From: Octopus sinensis
Taxonomy: Eukaryota
Assembly (NCBI RefSeq): GCF_006345805.1
Contig: NC_043007.1
Span: forward strand, 44,578,001-44,642,000
Length of the DNA stretch: 64,000 nucleotides
Direction: 5' to 3'
Shown here piece after piece: positions 61,123 to 64,000 of the stretch; the stretch's first letter is position 1, and the number at the start of each line of letters is the position of its first letter. The notes under the pieces are model-generated. The model was not told the origin of the DNA. It did no database searches and saw nothing but the letters and a program-made list of their open reading frames with translations. The position numbers and the translations under genes were made by a program.

Positions 61123-61160
61123 TCTTTTACGTTTCGATCCTGCGCTCTTCGACAGAAAGA
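61123..61160 (-). ncRNA. Hammerhead motif with U at position 6
   Basis: Minus strand: tcttt CTGTCGA a gagc-gca-ggatc GAAA cgt a aaaga. Confidence 0.5.
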
Positions 61161-61499
61161 TACACAGAAAAGAAACAAGGAGAGAAAAAAAATGGGTGTA
61201 GGAGCTAACGATCCAACATGGCATTCTGATTTCAGGCAGAAGTCAGAGATCAGACGTTAGACGCTAGAGGGATAGTAGGGGAGATAACAGGGTCAAGTGA
61301 CCTCGCCCCAACATGAAGGTGCGTGTGTGTATAAGAGAGTGTGAAAGAGGGCTGGTGGTCTGGATGTGTGTATGTATGTATGATGTGATGTTTAATGTTG
61401 TATGGTGTAGTGTAGTGTGGTGTGATGTGGTGGGGGGGAGAGAGTGGGGAAAACCCATGTGGGGTGTGGGTTCGGCTGGGGGTTGGGGTAGAGTGGGGG

Positions 61500-61870
61500 T
61501 TGTGGGGAGAGTGAGAGGAGGAGAGAAGAGAGAGGAGGGGAGAAGGCTGCGGGGAGAGAGGAGATGATTGGGAGAGGGGAGGAGGAGGAGGGAGAGAGGA
61601 GATGATTGGGAGAGGGGAGGAGGAGGAGGGAGAGGAGAAGGAAGGAGAGGAGGAGGAGGTGGAGCAGGGGAGAGGAGGGGAGGGGAGAGAAGGGGAGTGA
61701 GGGAGCAGAGAGAAAGAGAGAAGGAGAAGAGGGAAGAAGAAAGAAGAAAGAAGAAGAGGGAAGAAGAAAGAAGAAAGAAGAAGAGGGAAGAAGGAAGAAG
61801 AAAGAAGAAGAGGAAAGAAGAAGGGGGAAGAAGAGAGAAGAAAGAAGAAGGAAGAAGAGGGAAGAAGGCA
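61500..61870. repeat. Purine-rich (GGA/GAA) low-complexity tract
   Basis: Directly visible; source of the R/E/K/G-rich and S/F/P-rich ORFs. Confidence 0.9.
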
Positions 61871-62150
61871 CCTTGAGCAAGTGTCTTCTACCATTGCCTC
61901 AGGCCTTGTTAGTGGATTAGGTTGATGGAAACTAAAAGAAGCCTGTTGTATATATATCTATGTGTGTGTGTCATTGTGTTTGTGTTTGTCCTCTGTCACC
62001 CCTTGACAGCTGGCGTTGGTGTGTTTATGTTCCTGTAATTTAGTGGTTTGGTAAAAGAGACCAACAGAATAAGTACCAGGCCTAAGAAAAAATAAGTACT
62101 GGGGTCAATTCCTTCACCTAAAATTCTTGAAGGTGGTGTCCTAGCATGGG
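61868..62150 (+). mobile_element. CORE-type SINE lacking head
   Basis: Begins at gcaccttgagcaagtgtcttctacc. Confidence 0.65.
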
Positions 62151-62572
62151 ACAATTGTTACTGTTGTTTAATGCCAGGAAACATCATTTCCTGCTGGCTA
62201 TATGACACAATATCTGTGTCCTTATATTTTTGAACAGGGAGTCCAGAACTCCCATCCAGCACAAAGCAACATCTTTATCAACGCAGAGTAGCTGCTTGGC
62301 TAGGTGGCATTCAAAAATATATAGTTTTCAAAGTGACACATAGGCACTGATCTAATAAATAGAAACATTGTTATTCCTAAATCTCTCAAAGAGAGATAGT
62401 TAGTAGCATTTCTTTAGAGTAAAGTCTATTTGCCAACATAATGTGGTTGTCCTGGAAGGGATGATTGTTACTTATATTTTTGAACAGGGAGAACAGCCAC
62501 ATTATGTTGGCAAATAATCTTTACTTTAAGGAACTGTTACCGAATATCTCTGTGAGATTTAGAAATAATAAT

Positions 62573-62626
<54 letters not shown>

Positions 62627-62720
62627 GAAAGGTTTGAAAATGAAACATCTTTAAGATTGCATTTTCAAACCTCCTTTCATATATATTTCCACTTGTGCAG
62701 TACCTTACAACTTCACCTTG

Positions 62721-62776
<56 letters not shown>

Positions 62777-62866
62777 TTAGAGATAAAACCACTATTATGC
62801 AACTCAAATATATATATATATATATATATGATTTAAAAACCCCATATATATATGTGTGTGTGTGTG

Positions 62867-62941
<75 letters not shown>

Positions 62942-62953
62942 GTATATATGTAA

Positions 62954-63022
<69 letters not shown>

Positions 63023-63849
63023 AAAGGAGAAAAAGTAGAGAATGAGAGAAGGAGGAATGTGTGTGTAGTGTCCAGTGTCTCTGTATGTTAATTACCATCA
63101 TTGTGGCTTCCAGAGAATTTTTATGATGAAGTTCATAGGAATTTCAATCATAACAATTTATATAATGATGGTCTGAAAAACTCAAAGTTCAAGTGTTATT
63201 TGTAAAATAATGTAATAGACTCCTGATAAATCACCTGTAACATTATTTCTCGTTCCTCACTTGAAACTATTAACAACACCACTTCTAGCTACTTAGGTTA
63301 CAGTAATTACTGAAATGTCAAAGATATATCAAATATTATGATGTCCATTGAGAATTAATAACCGTGTTAATTGTTTGTTGATTGGTACCCAAACTATACA
63401 GCTTTTCCTCTTCTTTATTTGTCATTTATTAGTTATTTTTATGAACTTGTATGAAGAGGTTACCTAAATTGTAGTTGTAAGCTGAAGTGTAATAGCTGTG
63501 AACTTGAAGTGTAGAGTCACTGACTACTTGGACATGAGTTCATTTCAAAGTTCAGCATCTGTTTTGTTGTGCTTTAGGGGTGGTGGAAAGTTCCAAGGGG
63601 TCATTGAAGAAAAGTGGGGTGATAATGAGGTAGAAATTCATATAAAAACATCAAAATAACAAGTCCACTAGCTTAAATTTTATTTGTGAAATACAGTTGC
63701 TTTGAATTTGCTTCAGAAAGAGATCTATGTTTGTGATGATTAGTTGGAGTGGGGATGCAAGTGATGCGGCCTGGCTGTCAAGGGAGCAGTAGCCTGAAAA
63801 AGTTTGGGAACCACTGCTTTAGCTTGTAATATGGGATGCCACATGCTAT

Positions 63850-64000
63850 GACACCTTCTGCGGATCCGTGGAATAAGCTGCCAGACGAGATAGTGAAGAT
63901 GCCGACGACTGCTTGATTCAAAGCCTCTCTTGATCAGAAATAGCCTGAACTTTTTGCATGAACACCCCTGTACATAACTCCATGCCCCCTACATGGCCTT
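63850..64000 (+). mobile_element. CR1-clade LINE 3' fragment
   Basis: WNKLPDEIVKMPTTA*FKASLDQ matches the WNxLPxxVVxAxSxxxFKxxLD C-terminal motif of CR1 ORF2. Confidence 0.6.

Noticed and set aside
61250-61920. Long S/P/F-rich and R/E/K-rich ORFs
   Set aside because: Purine/pyrimidine low-complexity tract.
63765-63816. hAT-type terminus (reverse of CAGTGGTTCCCAAAC)
   Set aside because: Only one end is visible and no partner TIR or 8 bp TSD was found, so it is not listed as a feature.

Overview
AT-rich, microsatellite-saturated animal genomic DNA. The repeat families (tRNA/CORE-type SINEs, GAT-tailed RTE LINEs, Penelope-like elements, non-autonomous Helitrons) look like octopus/coleoid cephalopod; that is an inference from pattern recognition, not a database match. 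No host protein-coding gene can be supported. Every long ORF is either a transposon remnant (pogo/Tigger, Tc1, mariner, two RTE families, Tx1, R4/Dong, CR1, Penelope) or a translation of simple repeats. The main signal that the ORF track does not show is about 20 minimal type-I hammerhead ribozyme (HHR) motifs of the Penelope/retrozyme kind, many with self-complementary helix III. Several sit in five head-to-head foldback palindromes (10.8, 18.1, 20.4, 29.0 and 31.5-36.7 kb), two of which are built from ~310-360 nt tandem monomers. Some motifs have non-canonical catalytic cores, including a clean G3-C8 swap of the conserved C3-G8 tertiary pair and U3-A8 variants. All coordinates and identities were read by eye and may be off by a few bases.
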